In this document: piece by piece, positions 48,438-58,120 of the stretch
Numbering within the stretch: the first letter of the stretch is position 1
Layout: every line of letters begins with the position of its first letter
Source of the DNA: Kofleriaceae bacterium
GTDB lineage: Bacteria; Myxococcota_A; Polyangia; Haliangiales; Haliangiaceae
DNA: 64,000 nt
Direction of reading: 5' to 3'
Assembly: GCA_965215005.1 (NCBI GenBank)
Contig: CBDCCZ010000014.1
Coordinates: forward strand, 128,001 to 192,000
Notes under the pieces: model-generated
Seen by the model: the letters and a program-made list of their open reading frames with translations, nothing else
What the model was told of the DNA's origin: nothing
The model's database searches: none
Position numbers and translations under genes: made by a program

Positions 48438-50702
48438 ATGGTCGAGAGCGACTCGTCTGAGCGCACCATCGGTCTCGTCGGCGCTACCGCGGTCGGCGTG
48501 GGCGCCATCGTCGGCGGCGGAATTTTGGCGTTGGCCGGCGTTGCGTACGCCAGCAGCGGCCCCAGTGCGATCATCGCGTTCGCTCTCAACGGCGCGGTTG
48601 CCTTCATCACCGCGATGAGCTTTGCCGAGGTCTCGAGCGCGTTTCCAGAGTCCGGCGGCCCCTACACCTTCGCCAAGAAAGTGTTGTCGGTGCGCTCGGC
48701 GTTTGCCGTGGGCTGGGTGCTGTGGTTTGCCTACATCGTCGCGGGGGTGCTCTACGCGCTCGGCTTCGCTTCCTTTGCGGTGTTGGCCGCCAAAAGTATC
48801 TGGATTGGGTTTGGCGCTGAGGTGCCGCTGTGGCTAACCAGCCGCCGCATGCTGCTGCTGCTGGCCTCTGGCGCGACTGCGACGTACGCGCTGGCGCTGA
48901 TTCGCAAATCCACCGGCGGAGGCCAGTGGGAAACTGCCGGCAAGGTGGTGGTGTTTGCGATCCTCATCGCGGTCGGCCTGTTTGCGCTCGCGCGCCAACC
49001 CATCGAGCAGACCCGCGCCGCGCTCGACCCGTTTATGCCTGGCGGCGCTGCGGGCGTGTTCTCTGCCATGGGGTTCACCTTTATTGCGCTGCAGGGGTTT
49101 GATTTGGTGAGCGCAGTGGCCGGCGAGGTCAAGCGACCCGCGCGCAACATTCCGCGCGCGATGTTCGTGTCGCTGTCGATCGCCATGGTCATCTACCTGC
49201 CGCTGCTGTTCATCGTCGCAACCGTAGGCGTCGCGCCCGGCGAGCGGATCGCGGCGCTGGCGCGCGCCGAGCCCGAGGCGGTCATCGCCATCGCAGCGCG
49301 CCGCTACATGGGCGACATCGGCTATTGGCTGGTGATCATCGCGGCCCTCTTATCAATGCTCTCGGCGCTGCAAGCCAATATTCTGGCTGCCTCGCGTGTG
49401 GCGCTGTCGATGGCGCGCGATCGCACCCTGCCGATCGTGCTCTCACGCCTCCACCCGCAGCGCGGCACCCCGGTCATGGCGGTCTATGCCACCGGCCTCA
49501 CGCTCGTGGCCATCGTCTTCATGATTCCCGATCTCGCTGCCGCCGGTGCCGCGGCCAGCTTGATTTTCCTAATCTCGTTTGCCCTCACGCACGTCAATAC
49601 ATACCTGGCGCGCGTCCGCGGCGGCATCGGCGCCGATGCCTACCACAGCCCTTGGTTTCCGCTGGTGCCGGTCGTCGGTGGACTGGCCTGCGCGGCGCTG
49701 GCGGTGTTTCAGGCGGTGGTGGTGCCGGATGCGGCCGGAATCGTGGTCATGTGGGTCGGCTTCGGCGTCATTTTATACTTCGCATTGTTTGCTCGCGCCG
49801 CGCGCACCACCGACGCTGCCGCCGAAGCGTTCGATCCCACGTTGGTGCGGCTGCGGGGACACAACCCACTGGTGCTCGTGCCCTTGGCCAATCCCGCGCG
49901 GGCCCAGGGAACGGTGCAGGTCGCCCATGCACTGGCGCCCCCGAGCGTGGGGCGGGTGCTGGTGCTGGCGATCGTGCGTGCCCGCGATGCCGAGGAGGCC
50001 GTCGCCCAGCTGCCGGTTGCGCAGGACGTGGTGCGTGCAGCGCTCGCCAGCTCCTACGCCGGCGGCGGGCAACCCGAAGCCCTCATCACCGCCTCCGCCG
50101 AGCCGCTCGAGGAAATCGCCCGCGTTGCCGACGAGCACGGCTGTGAATCGGTGCTACTCGGCCTCTCTGACGTCGCCGCCGAGGCCAGCGACCGCGAGCT
50201 CGAGGAGCTCATCAATGATCTCGGCCGCGACGTCGCGATCATGCGCGCGCCGCAGGGCTGGAATCTCGATGAGGCCAAGCGTATCTTGGTGCCTATCGGC
50301 GGGCGTGGCGGCCAAGATGAGCTGCGCGCGCGGTTTCTCGGCAGCCTGTGCCGCACCTCCCCCCGCGACGTGACGTTTCTGCGCATCGTCGCCGACGACG
50401 CCACGGAAGAAACCGTGATCGCGGCCCAGCGCGTCGCCGAGCGAATCGGCCAGCGTCAGCTCGCCGGCGCTACCGTGGTGGTGGTGCGCGCCGCCGATCC
50501 CGCCGAGGCCATCTTGCGCGCTGCCGAGGACGCGGACCTGGTGATCTTGGGACTGGCGCAGACCGGCATGCGTCGCTTCGGTCTCGGGGAACTATCGGTG
50601 CCGATCTCGTGGGAAGCACCTAGAACCGTGTTTGGCGCCTTGCCGCTGGCGGTGGCGCGCCGCGCCCGCTGCGCCACCGTGCTGCTCGGCAGTCGCCTAT
50701 AA
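48438..50702 (+). CDS. APC family amino acid permease with C-terminal universal-stress-protein domains
   Basis: GAIVGGGI, PESGGPY, GEVKRP; two USP-like domains (LVPLAN, ILVPIGG). Confidence 0.88.
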   Translation: MVESDSSERTIGLVGATAVGVGAIVGGGILALAGVAYASSGPSAIIAFALNGAVAFITAMSFAEVSSAFPESGGPYTFAKKVLSVRSAFAVGWVLWFAYIVAGVLYALGFASFAVLAAKSIWIGFGAEVPLWLTSRRMLLLLASGATATYALALIRKSTGGGQWETAGKVVVFAILIAVGLFALARQPIEQTRAALDPFMPGGAAGVFSAMGFTFIALQGFDLVSAVAGEVKRPARNIPRAMFVSLSIAMVIYLPLLFIVATVGVAPGERIAALARAEPEAVIAIAARRYMGDIGYWLVIIAALLSMLSALQANILAASRVALSMARDRTLPIVLSRLHPQRGTPVMAVYATGLTLVAIVFMIPDLAAAGAAASLIFLISFALTHVNTYLARVRGGIGADAYHSPWFPLVPVVGGLACAALAVFQAVVVPDAAGIVVMWVGFGVILYFALFARAARTTDAAAEAFDPTLVRLRGHNPLVLVPLANPARAQGTVQVAHALAPPSVGRVLVLAIVRARDAEEAVAQLPVAQDVVRAALASSYAGGGQPEALITASAEPLEEIARVADEHGCESVLLGLSDVAAEASDRELEELINDLGRDVAIMRAPQGWNLDEAKRILVPIGGRGGQDELRARFLGSLCRTSPRDVTFLRIVADDATEETVIAAQRVAERIGQRQLAGATVVVVRAADPAEAILRAAEDADLVILGLAQTGMRRFGLGELSVPISWEAPRTVFGALPLAVARRARCATVLLGSRL

Positions 50703-50807
50703 TCGCACGGGTCGCACGCGCGACGAATTGGCGACCGACCCCGCAGGTCGACCGCGAAGTCTGATACGTTTCGCGCGCGACAGAATCTCATTCCGAAGAG
50801 GCTGCAT

Positions 50808-52088
50808 ATGTCGGACACAGCGAAACTCATCGTCGACGGCAAAGAGTATCAGTACCCCATCATCACCGGTACCGAAGACGAACGGGCCATCGACATCAGC
50901 AACCTGCGAAGCGATACCGGTTTGGTGACGATGGATCCGGGGTACAAAAACACCGGATCGACGCACAGCACCATCACCTATCTCGACGGCGAGAAGGGCA
51001 TCCTCCGCTACCGCGGCTATCCCATCGAGCAGCTCGCGGAGAACTCGAGCTTCGTCGAAACCAGCTACTTGCTCATCTTCGGCAAGCTGCCGAACAAGCA
51101 AGAGCTCGCGTCGTTTTCCGAGAAGCTCACCTATCACAGCATGCTGCACGAGCAGATGCGCCACTTCTTTGATGGCTTTCCCTACGACAGCCATCCAATG
51201 GCGATGCTCTCGTCGATGGTCTGCTCGCTGTCGGCCTACTACCCCGACTGCCTCGACCAGCGAACCTCGCCCGACGTGCATATTACGCGGCTGTTGTCGA
51301 AGGTCCGCACCATCGCCTCGTTCGGCTACAAGAAGTCGATCGGCAAGCCGATCATGTATCCGAAGAACTCGCTCAGCTACTGCGCAAATTTCCTCCACAT
51401 GATGTTTGCGGTGCCCGCAGAGCCGTATGAGCCCGATCCGGAGATGGTCAAGGCGCTCAACACCCTGCTCATCTTGCACGCTGATCACGAGCAAAACTGC
51501 TCGACCTCCACGGTGCGCTTGGTCGGCTCATCAAACGCCAACCTTTACGCGGCGATCAGCGCCGGTGTGCTGGCGTTGTGGGGGCCGCTGCATGGTGGTG
51601 CCAATCAGGCCGTCATCGAGATGCTCGAAGAAATCGCGGAGAGCGGCGGCGACACCAAAAAGTTCATGAGCGACGTCAAGGACAAGAAGTCCGGCCGCCG
51701 GCTGATGGGCTTTGGCCATCGCGTCTACAAGAATTACGACCCGCGCGCCAAGATTCTCAAGAAGATGGCCGATCGGCTGCTGCCTCATCTCGGGGTGAGC
51801 GATCCGCTGCTCGACATCGCAAAGAATCTCGAAGAAGTCGCGCTCACCGACGAGTACTTCATCGCGCGCAAGCTCTATCCCAACGTCGACTTCTACAGCG
51901 GCGTGGTCTATCGCGCCCTCGGCATCCCCACCAACATGTTCACGGTGATGTTCGCGCTCGGTCGACTGCCGGGCTGGATCGCGCAGTGGAAAGAGATGAT
52001 GGAAGACCCGACGCGGGTCATCGGTCGACCGCGGCAGATCTACACCGGCGAAACCGAGCGGACGTATACGCCGATCGATCAGCGCTGA
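50808..52088 (+). CDS. gltA: citrate synthase
   Basis: LHADHEQN, GPLHGGAN, GFGHRVY, YPNVDFYSG. Confidence 0.98.
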   Translation: MSDTAKLIVDGKEYQYPIITGTEDERAIDISNLRSDTGLVTMDPGYKNTGSTHSTITYLDGEKGILRYRGYPIEQLAENSSFVETSYLLIFGKLPNKQELASFSEKLTYHSMLHEQMRHFFDGFPYDSHPMAMLSSMVCSLSAYYPDCLDQRTSPDVHITRLLSKVRTIASFGYKKSIGKPIMYPKNSLSYCANFLHMMFAVPAEPYEPDPEMVKALNTLLILHADHEQNCSTSTVRLVGSSNANLYAAISAGVLALWGPLHGGANQAVIEMLEEIAESGGDTKKFMSDVKDKKSGRRLMGFGHRVYKNYDPRAKILKKMADRLLPHLGVSDPLLDIAKNLEEVALTDEYFIARKLYPNVDFYSGVVYRALGIPTNMFTVMFALGRLPGWIAQWKEMMEDPTRVIGRPRQIYTGETERTYTPIDQR

Positions 52089-52174
52089 GCCCATCGGGCG
52101 TCGCCCGAGCCTGTACGTGCTGACCCGCATCAGCCGCCCTTGCACCCACGCGCTGCGCGCGGCAAAGTCGGCGC

Positions 52175-52591
52175 GTGCACCCCAACGTTGCCGAACCTAC
52201 ATCCAGCGCCGTCACCCAAGGAATCCGGGTGACGGTGCAGTCGATCTATTTGCCGGATCAGTCAGAGCCCGAAGACCGCCGCTACGTATTCGCCTACACC
52301 GTGTCGATCTCCAATGAGGGCCCGCAACCGGCGCAGCTTCGCACCCGGCACTGGATCATCACCGACGGCGCCGGCCAAATCGAGGAAGTGCGCGGTGACG
52401 GCGTGGTGGGCGAGCAGCCACACCTGCTCCCCGGCGATAGCTTCCAGTACACGTCCGGCTGCGTGCTCAAGACCCCGCTCGGGACCATGCACGGCACCTA
52501 TCAGATGATCCGCGACGATGGCTCGAACTTTGAAGCCACCATTGCTCCCTTCACCCTCGCATCGCCGGTCTCGGGCCGAGTGCTCAACTGA
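52175..52591 (+). CDS. apaG: ApaG protein
   Basis: RHWIITD, GDGVVGEQP, YTSG, GTMHG. Confidence 0.95.
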   Translation: MHPNVAEPTSSAVTQGIRVTVQSIYLPDQSEPEDRRYVFAYTVSISNEGPQPAQLRTRHWIITDGAGQIEEVRGDGVVGEQPHLLPGDSFQYTSGCVLKTPLGTMHGTYQMIRDDGSNFEATIAPFTLASPVSGRVLN

Positions 52592-52817
52592 GACCGATCC
52601 CGCTCAGCGCTATTCAACAGCGATAGCCGTTGCAACGCCAGATGTGGCTTTCACGGCGGTAGGAGCGACGGGTGCGTGAGCACCCGGCGCTGGCGGCGTG
52701 ACGGAGGTTGCGCCGCAGTGGGAGTCTGGCCCCCACGAGCAGACGCAGCATGGCTGCTAAGTATGCGTTGACGCGAACTGTGGCGGTGGCATTGAGTTTG
52801 CTGCTGTGACGCATCCG

Positions 52818-54134
52818 ATGACCACGCCGCGGTACCACGTCTCCAAGAACCGCCTCGAAGGCTCGCTGTGCGACACCTCGCTCGGACAGCTCCTCGACTC
52901 GTGCCGCAAGCACCTCGTGACGGGCGAGATTCGGATCGTTGGGGCCGGTGGTCAGCCTCGGCGAGGCCACGTGCGGGTTCGTGCAGGGGCTGTCGATGAA
53001 GCGCAGTGGGGTGAGCTCCGGGGCGATCTCGCAGTGGTCGAGATGCGCGGGCTCACCGACGGGCTCTACGAGCTTGGCCAACGCCTGCCCGACCTCGGGG
53101 GCGAGCTCGGCGAGGCGGCGGCGTGCGCCGGTGAGCTCAAGGACGTGCCGCTGGCGGCGATCATGCGTCACTGCGAGGAGCAAGCGCTATCGTGCACCAT
53201 CGCCATCAGCGGCGTCGAAGGCAGCGGTGAGATCAGCTATCGAGCTGGCGAAATCGTCGGCTGGTCCATGAATGGCGACAGCAGTGAGGACGCCATCGTC
53301 GCGGTCACGCAAGTGCGCGACGGCCACTTTCGCGTCGATTCGCCGCCGCTCGCCCTGGATATCGGTGGCTGGCCGTCGGTGTCCAGGGATCCGACGCAAC
53401 CCTTCAAGATCGAGCACTTGGCGGCGATGCGGCCCAAACCTGCCAAGCCGTCCGCACCCGTTGTGGCGCCGCCGCCGGTGCCTATTGGCGGGGCAACCGG
53501 CGCCTTGCGAGCTGCGGCGCCAGCGGCCGCGACGCCAGCGACCCCGCCACCGCTGCCGGGCTTGGGTGTGGCATCAGGCGCGGCGCGGGACGAAGGACCA
53601 GTGATCATCGAAGCGGCCGATCGAGCCCCCGCGACGGCCATCTCGGCGCCGCCGGCAGGCAGCGATGCGCACAGTGGCACAGACAGAACCCCTGCGCTGC
53701 TGAGCCGCGCCGCGCGCGGCACCGGCGCCGCGGCAGTGCCCCACGCAGGCGGGGGTGCCGCAGCGTCCACCGTTCCCAAGCTTGCAGATGCCGAGCTTCC
53801 CAGTGCCGCCGCTGCCCTCGAGCTTCCAGACGCAGCGCTTCCCAACGCCGCCGCTGAGGTTGGCGACCCCGCCGGCCCGCCGATGCCTCCGCCGGGCGGC
53901 GCCGCGCCTATCGAGCAGTCGCTTCCGCGCGAGTCCGATCGCGGCGAGGGCCGCGCCGCGGCGAGCCCGGGCTGGGCGGTGCCGCCCTTGCCTGCTCTCG
54001 CTGAGCCAATGCGGCCTCCTCCGCGGCTCTCTACGGAGTCGAGCCGCGGCCGCGATTGGCGCGTCTTCGCCGCCGTGAGTATCGCGCTCGTGGTGTTTGC
54101 CGCGCTGCTTTGGTGGGTTTTGGGCGTGCTTTGA
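52818..54134 (+). CDS. hypothetical protein: tandem DUF4388/PATAN-like domains, Pro/Ala linker, C-terminal TM
   Basis: EGSLCDTSLGQLL and GELKDVPLAAIM duplicated pattern. Confidence 0.55.
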   Translation: MTTPRYHVSKNRLEGSLCDTSLGQLLDSCRKHLVTGEIRIVGAGGQPRRGHVRVRAGAVDEAQWGELRGDLAVVEMRGLTDGLYELGQRLPDLGGELGEAAACAGELKDVPLAAIMRHCEEQALSCTIAISGVEGSGEISYRAGEIVGWSMNGDSSEDAIVAVTQVRDGHFRVDSPPLALDIGGWPSVSRDPTQPFKIEHLAAMRPKPAKPSAPVVAPPPVPIGGATGALRAAAPAAATPATPPPLPGLGVASGAARDEGPVIIEAADRAPATAISAPPAGSDAHSGTDRTPALLSRAARGTGAAAVPHAGGGAAASTVPKLADAELPSAAAALELPDAALPNAAAEVGDPAGPPMPPPGGAAPIEQSLPRESDRGEGRAAASPGWAVPPLPALAEPMRPPPRLSTESSRGRDWRVFAAVSIALVVFAALLWWVLGVL

Positions 54135-54311
54135 GCACCTGCGAAGTCGTGTCAGCAAGCGCATAGCATTGCAAGGCTGTTGCGGGTCCCGGCGGCGATT
54201 TCCGCGCAAACAATCCCCCTTCGCCCTACGAGGCGCCGCCTGGCTGCCCGCGCCGATGATTTTGCGGTAGCTTTGCTCGACCGCGCCGGCGGATCGAGCG
54301 TTGAAGTTCGA

Positions 54312-54980
54312 ATGGCTCTGCCCCACCCACACGAAACTGCCAGCGTCCTCGTCGCGCGGGCCAAAGCCGGAGACGATCACGCCTTCGGTGAGCTGGTCCG
54401 CCGGTATCGCGACCGAATCCTGGCGCTCGCGCTGCATATGACCGGCGATGAGAGCGAAGCCGATGACATCGCGCAGGAGGTGTTCCTGCGCGCCTACGCC
54501 AAGCTCAGCGACTTCCAAGGCCGCAGCGAATTCTTCACCTGGGTCTATCGCATGACCGTCAACCGCTGCCTCAACCTCACTCGCGACCGCAAACGCCGCT
54601 GCGAGACCGCATTGGACGATCCCCGCATCGCCCGCGCTGTCGCCGTCGACGCCGCAGGCGACCCGGTCAAGGCCACCGCGCTGCGCCAAACTTACGCCCG
54701 GCTCCTCGTCGAGCTCGACCGCTTGCCGCCGGCGATGCGCACCTCCGTCATCCTGGTCGCGCTGCAGGGTCTTAGTCACGCCGAGGCCGGCGTGGTGCAA
54801 AAGTGCTCGGCAGGCACCGTTGCGTGGCGGATTCACGAAGCGCGCGTGCGGCTAAAGGCGGCTCTGGAGCCCTCTGCCAGCGGCGCGCCGGTGCGCCGGC
54901 GACGCTCGAGCATCTCCGGCGAAATGGTCAGACTGCTGCGCGAGTTTGGCCTGCCGCTCGCGTCTAGCTCGAGCCACTGA
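54312..54980 (+). CDS. ECF RNA polymerase sigma factor
   Basis: AFGELV, ADDIAQEVF, FFTWVYR, region-4 HTH. Confidence 0.92.
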   Translation: MALPHPHETASVLVARAKAGDDHAFGELVRRYRDRILALALHMTGDESEADDIAQEVFLRAYAKLSDFQGRSEFFTWVYRMTVNRCLNLTRDRKRRCETALDDPRIARAVAVDAAGDPVKATALRQTYARLLVELDRLPPAMRTSVILVALQGLSHAEAGVVQKCSAGTVAWRIHEARVRLKAALEPSASGAPVRRRRSSISGEMVRLLREFGLPLASSSSH

Positions 54981-55114
54981 GCATCGCGTGAGCGCGACGC
55001 GGCGTTCGCATCGCACCCGCGACGTAGCAGGCACAACGAGGAGCCGCACGCGCTGGCGCCGAGCGCCTGCCGCGAGCTAAGCTCGATTTCTAACTGGTAC
55101 CGTCGAGGAGCTCG

Positions 55115-55636
55115 ATGCGCCGCTTGATACTCGCCGCCCTGCTATCGCTAAGCATCTCCGGCTGCTCGCTCGTCACCGTCGAGCAGTCGCCGTTCGATCC
55201 GCTCGACATTCGAGCCGAGCGACCACCTCCTCCACCCCCGCGGGTGGTGCTCACCGAGTCGAGCATTCAGATCAATGAGAAGGTCCAGTTCGAGCTCGGC
55301 AAGGCAACGCTGCTGCCCGCCTCGCACTCGCTGCTCGACGAGGTGGCGCAAGTGCTGAAAGAGAACCCGCAAATCACCAAGATTTCAGTCGAAGGTCACA
55401 CCGACACGACCGGCGGAATGGCGCGCAACCAAGAGCTCTCGCGGCAGCGCGCCGAGTCGGTGCGCAGCTATCTCGCTAGCAAAGGCATCGCCGGCAAGCG
55501 CATGGTCGCTCACGGCTATGGGCCCGAGCGACCTATCGCCAGTAACGACACGGAAGAAGGTCGAGAAGCCAATCGCCGGGTCGAGTTCAACATCCTCGAG
55601 CAAGGGCCCAAGAAGGTCCTCGTTCAAGACGAATAG
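55115..55636 (+). CDS. OmpA-family lipoprotein
   Basis: Lipobox ISGC, EGHTD, NQELS, NRRVEF. Confidence 0.93.
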   Translation: MRRLILAALLSLSISGCSLVTVEQSPFDPLDIRAERPPPPPPRVVLTESSIQINEKVQFELGKATLLPASHSLLDEVAQVLKENPQITKISVEGHTDTTGGMARNQELSRQRAESVRSYLASKGIAGKRMVAHGYGPERPIASNDTEEGREANRRVEFNILEQGPKKVLVQDE

Positions 55637-55647
55637 AGGTGGAAGTC

Positions 55648-56022
55648 ATGGCGCACCTTCATAAAGCCAGAAACCTGGCTCTCGCCCTGCTCAGCCTCGT
55701 CGCCGCTTGTGGTGGCTCCGGGCTCGGCGCCAACGTCCGCAGCGACATCCGCACCCAGGTAGCGACCATCCAGGAGCCGGTGGCGGCGTGTTATGAAGCA
55801 GCCCTGGAGCGGGATCGCAAGCTGCGCGGCCGGATGCTCGTCGGCTTCGATGCGGCGCCCAAGACCGGCGAATTTACCAACGTTCACATCGTAGAGAGCG
55901 AGCTGAGCGACCCCGACCTCGAGCGCTGCGTCACCGAGCACGTCGCTCGCCTGCGTCTTTCGACGCCGCAGAAGGCCAAAGTCGCCGCCAGCTATCCGCT
56001 CGACTTCGCCCCCACCAACTAG
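55648..56022 (+). CDS. lipoprotein, AgmX/PglI C-terminal-like domain
   Basis: Lipobox VAAC, CYEAAL...LERCV...YPLDF. Confidence 0.7.
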   Translation: MAHLHKARNLALALLSLVAACGGSGLGANVRSDIRTQVATIQEPVAACYEAALERDRKLRGRMLVGFDAAPKTGEFTNVHIVESELSDPDLERCVTEHVARLRLSTPQKAKVAASYPLDFAPTN

Positions 56023-56059
56023 TACCCGGCCACAGGGAAGATGATCGATTCAGGCACCT

Positions 56060-56320
56060 TCACCGAAGGGTGGGGAGATGCTCGGGGCGGACCAGTAGCT
56101 CAATGCTTCGAGCCGTGCGTGGCGTTCGGCGGATCAACCCCTTGCGCTCGAGCTCTCTCACCATTCTGTGCACGGTAGGCGGCGTCACGTCGAAGAAGCG
56201 CTGCATGTCAGCTTCGGCTGGTGGCCGTCGGTTGAGCTTGGTGTAGGAGTGAATAAAGGCCAGGTATTGGCCCTGTAACGGGGTGAAGTTGGCGCAATTC
56301 GTCTGCGATGGGATCGACAC
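56060..56320 (-). CDS. LexA-DNA-binding/MarR-like winged HTH protein inside the IS
   Basis: TPLQGQYLAFI...RPPAEADMQ...TVHRMVRELERKGLI...RSIEL. Confidence 0.75.
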   Translation of the reverse strand: MSIPSQTNCANFTPLQGQYLAFIHSYTKLNRRPPAEADMQRFFDVTPPTVHRMVRELERKGLIRRTPRTARSIELLVRPEHLPTLR

Positions 56321-56367
56321 GATCGTCGGATGATGATCCCGTCGGCGTTCTCTGGAAAGGGGACGCG

Positions 56368-57510
56368 ATGAACGTCAAATATGTGGTGGAGCTGAGCGAA
56401 GCGGAACGCGAGGAGTTACGGGCGCTTGTTCGCGGCGGGACGAAGTTGGCTCGCACCGTGAAGCGCGCCCAGGTTCTTCTTGCGGCTGACGAGGGTACGG
56501 CGGATGCATCGATCGCTGCCACGGTCCGGGTCGGCACATCAACGGTGTATCGAACCAAGCGGCGATTCGTGGAGGATGGGCTCCAGCGAGCCCTCAACGA
56601 TGCCCCCCGACCGGGAGCCGGGCGTAAGCTGACAGGCAAGGAAGAAGCATTGCTGGTGGCGCTGGCGTGCTCAGATCCGCCCGCCGGCCGCGCCAGGTGG
56701 ACCATGGAGCTGATAGCTGGTGCGTTCGTCGAGATGACCGAGCACGATGAACTTTCGGGTGAGACCGTGCGCCGCCGCCTAAAGGAGAAAAAGATCAAGC
56801 CTTGGCAGCACAAGATGTGGTGCATCCCGAACGTGAACGCGGCGTACGTAGCGCGGATGGAGGACGTGCTCGAATTGTATGCAGAGCCTGCTTCCGAGGA
56901 AGCGCCGGTCGTGTGCTTCGACGAATCACCGGTGCAGCTCATAGGAGAGACGCGCCGACCGATTCCTGCATCGGCCGGCAGACCCGCACGTATCGACTAC
57001 GAGTATCGCCGCAACGGCACCGCCAACCTCTTTGTGTTCCTGGACGCGCATCGCCCGTGGAGGCACGTGAAAGTGACCGATCACCGCAAATGCGACGATT
57101 TCGCCGAGTGCATGCGGGATCTGGTCGACTCCCATTACCCAAACGCCAAAAAAATCCGAGTCGTGATGGACAATCTGTCGACGCACAGTGAAGCCGCGCT
57201 CTATCAAAGCTTCGCTCCCGCTGAAGCCCGACGCATCCTTCGCAAGATTGACTTCCACTTCGTGCCCAAGCACGCGAGCTGGCTCAACATGGTGGAGATC
57301 GAGATCGGTGTGCTCAAGAAGCAGTGCTTGAGCCGCCGCATAGAGGATCAGCAGACACTCCGCTCAGAGATCGCAGCGTGGCAGACCACGCGCAACGAGA
57401 CGGGCCGACGCATCCGGTGGATGTTCACAATCGAAAAGGCGCGCCAGAAGATGGGCCGAGCCTACCCGGAGCCCGCATCCGCCGCGTCCCCCGGTGAGGC
57501 CGCGGCCTGA
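56368..57510 (+). CDS. IS630-family transposase
   Basis: N-terminal HTHs, CFDE, DYEYRRNGT, VMDNL, SWLNMVE. Confidence 0.96.
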   Translation: MNVKYVVELSEAEREELRALVRGGTKLARTVKRAQVLLAADEGTADASIAATVRVGTSTVYRTKRRFVEDGLQRALNDAPRPGAGRKLTGKEEALLVALACSDPPAGRARWTMELIAGAFVEMTEHDELSGETVRRRLKEKKIKPWQHKMWCIPNVNAAYVARMEDVLELYAEPASEEAPVVCFDESPVQLIGETRRPIPASAGRPARIDYEYRRNGTANLFVFLDAHRPWRHVKVTDHRKCDDFAECMRDLVDSHYPNAKKIRVVMDNLSTHSEAALYQSFAPAEARRILRKIDFHFVPKHASWLNMVEIEIGVLKKQCLSRRIEDQQTLRSEIAAWQTTRNETGRRIRWMFTIEKARQKMGRAYPEPASAASPGEAAA

Positions 57511-57618
57511 ATGAGTCAAAACCACTGTGGCCGGGTACTAGCGCGTTGCTCGCCGCGGCACCTGCCGCCGCCGCGCGCTGTTGCCGAGCGACCTTCCAGT
57601 TCGCCTATACTCCGCGGC

Positions 57619-58107
57619 ATGAGCTTGCCCATCGCCCCGGCGGCCAAGAAGAAGCCCAGCCGACAGCCCACGCACCGCGCAATCGACCATGCACGCCTCC
57701 TAAGGCTCGGCAGTGACGTCGAGGACGAGGCCGACGAAGACACCGTCGACTTCGCGCTCATCGATCGCATGGCCGTCGAGCAGGGCATTCCGCACAGCCA
57801 CCTCTACGCCGGTGTGGCGCTGACCACCGAGCTCACCGTCGAGGCCGAGGCAGCGGTGCAAGTGGCGGTATGCGTTGGCCACTGTCAGCAGTGGGGCGCC
57901 CTCGAGTGCATCGATGCACTTGCAGACGCGCGCATCGAGCGCGGCGAACGCGGCGCTCCCACCTTCGACATTCTCCCTAAAGAGTGCCTCGATGCCTGCG
58001 AGCACGCCGCCGCGGTGAAGCTCCGCACTCCTGCCGGCACCGCGCTGATCCCTGCAGCCACCCCCGCAGCACTCGTCGAGGCGGTGGAGACCGCGCTCGA
58101 CGAGTAG
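57619..58107 (+). CDS. thioredoxin-like [2Fe-2S] ferredoxin domain protein (NuoE-like)
   Basis: CVGHC...GA and ECLDAC. Confidence 0.6.
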   Translation: MSLPIAPAAKKKPSRQPTHRAIDHARLLRLGSDVEDEADEDTVDFALIDRMAVEQGIPHSHLYAGVALTTELTVEAEAAVQVAVCVGHCQQWGALECIDALADARIERGERGAPTFDILPKECLDACEHAAAVKLRTPAGTALIPAATPAALVEAVETALDE

Positions 58108-58120
58108 CGCCTTGAAACGC

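Larger units (their letters stand above)
56022..57538 (+). mobile_element. IS630-family insertion sequence (about 1.5 kb)
   Basis: Terminal IRs GTACCCGGCCACAG/CTGTGGCCGGGTAC, TA duplication at 56020-21 and 57539-40 in a CTAG target. Confidence 0.93.

Noticed and set aside
48438..50702. APC permease-USP fusion as a novelty
   Set aside because: Well-known domain architecture
55981..57541. CRISPR-associated transposon linking the IS to the cas locus
   Set aside because: Stand-alone IS630, no tnsABC/tniQ, cas3 intact, about 19 kb apart
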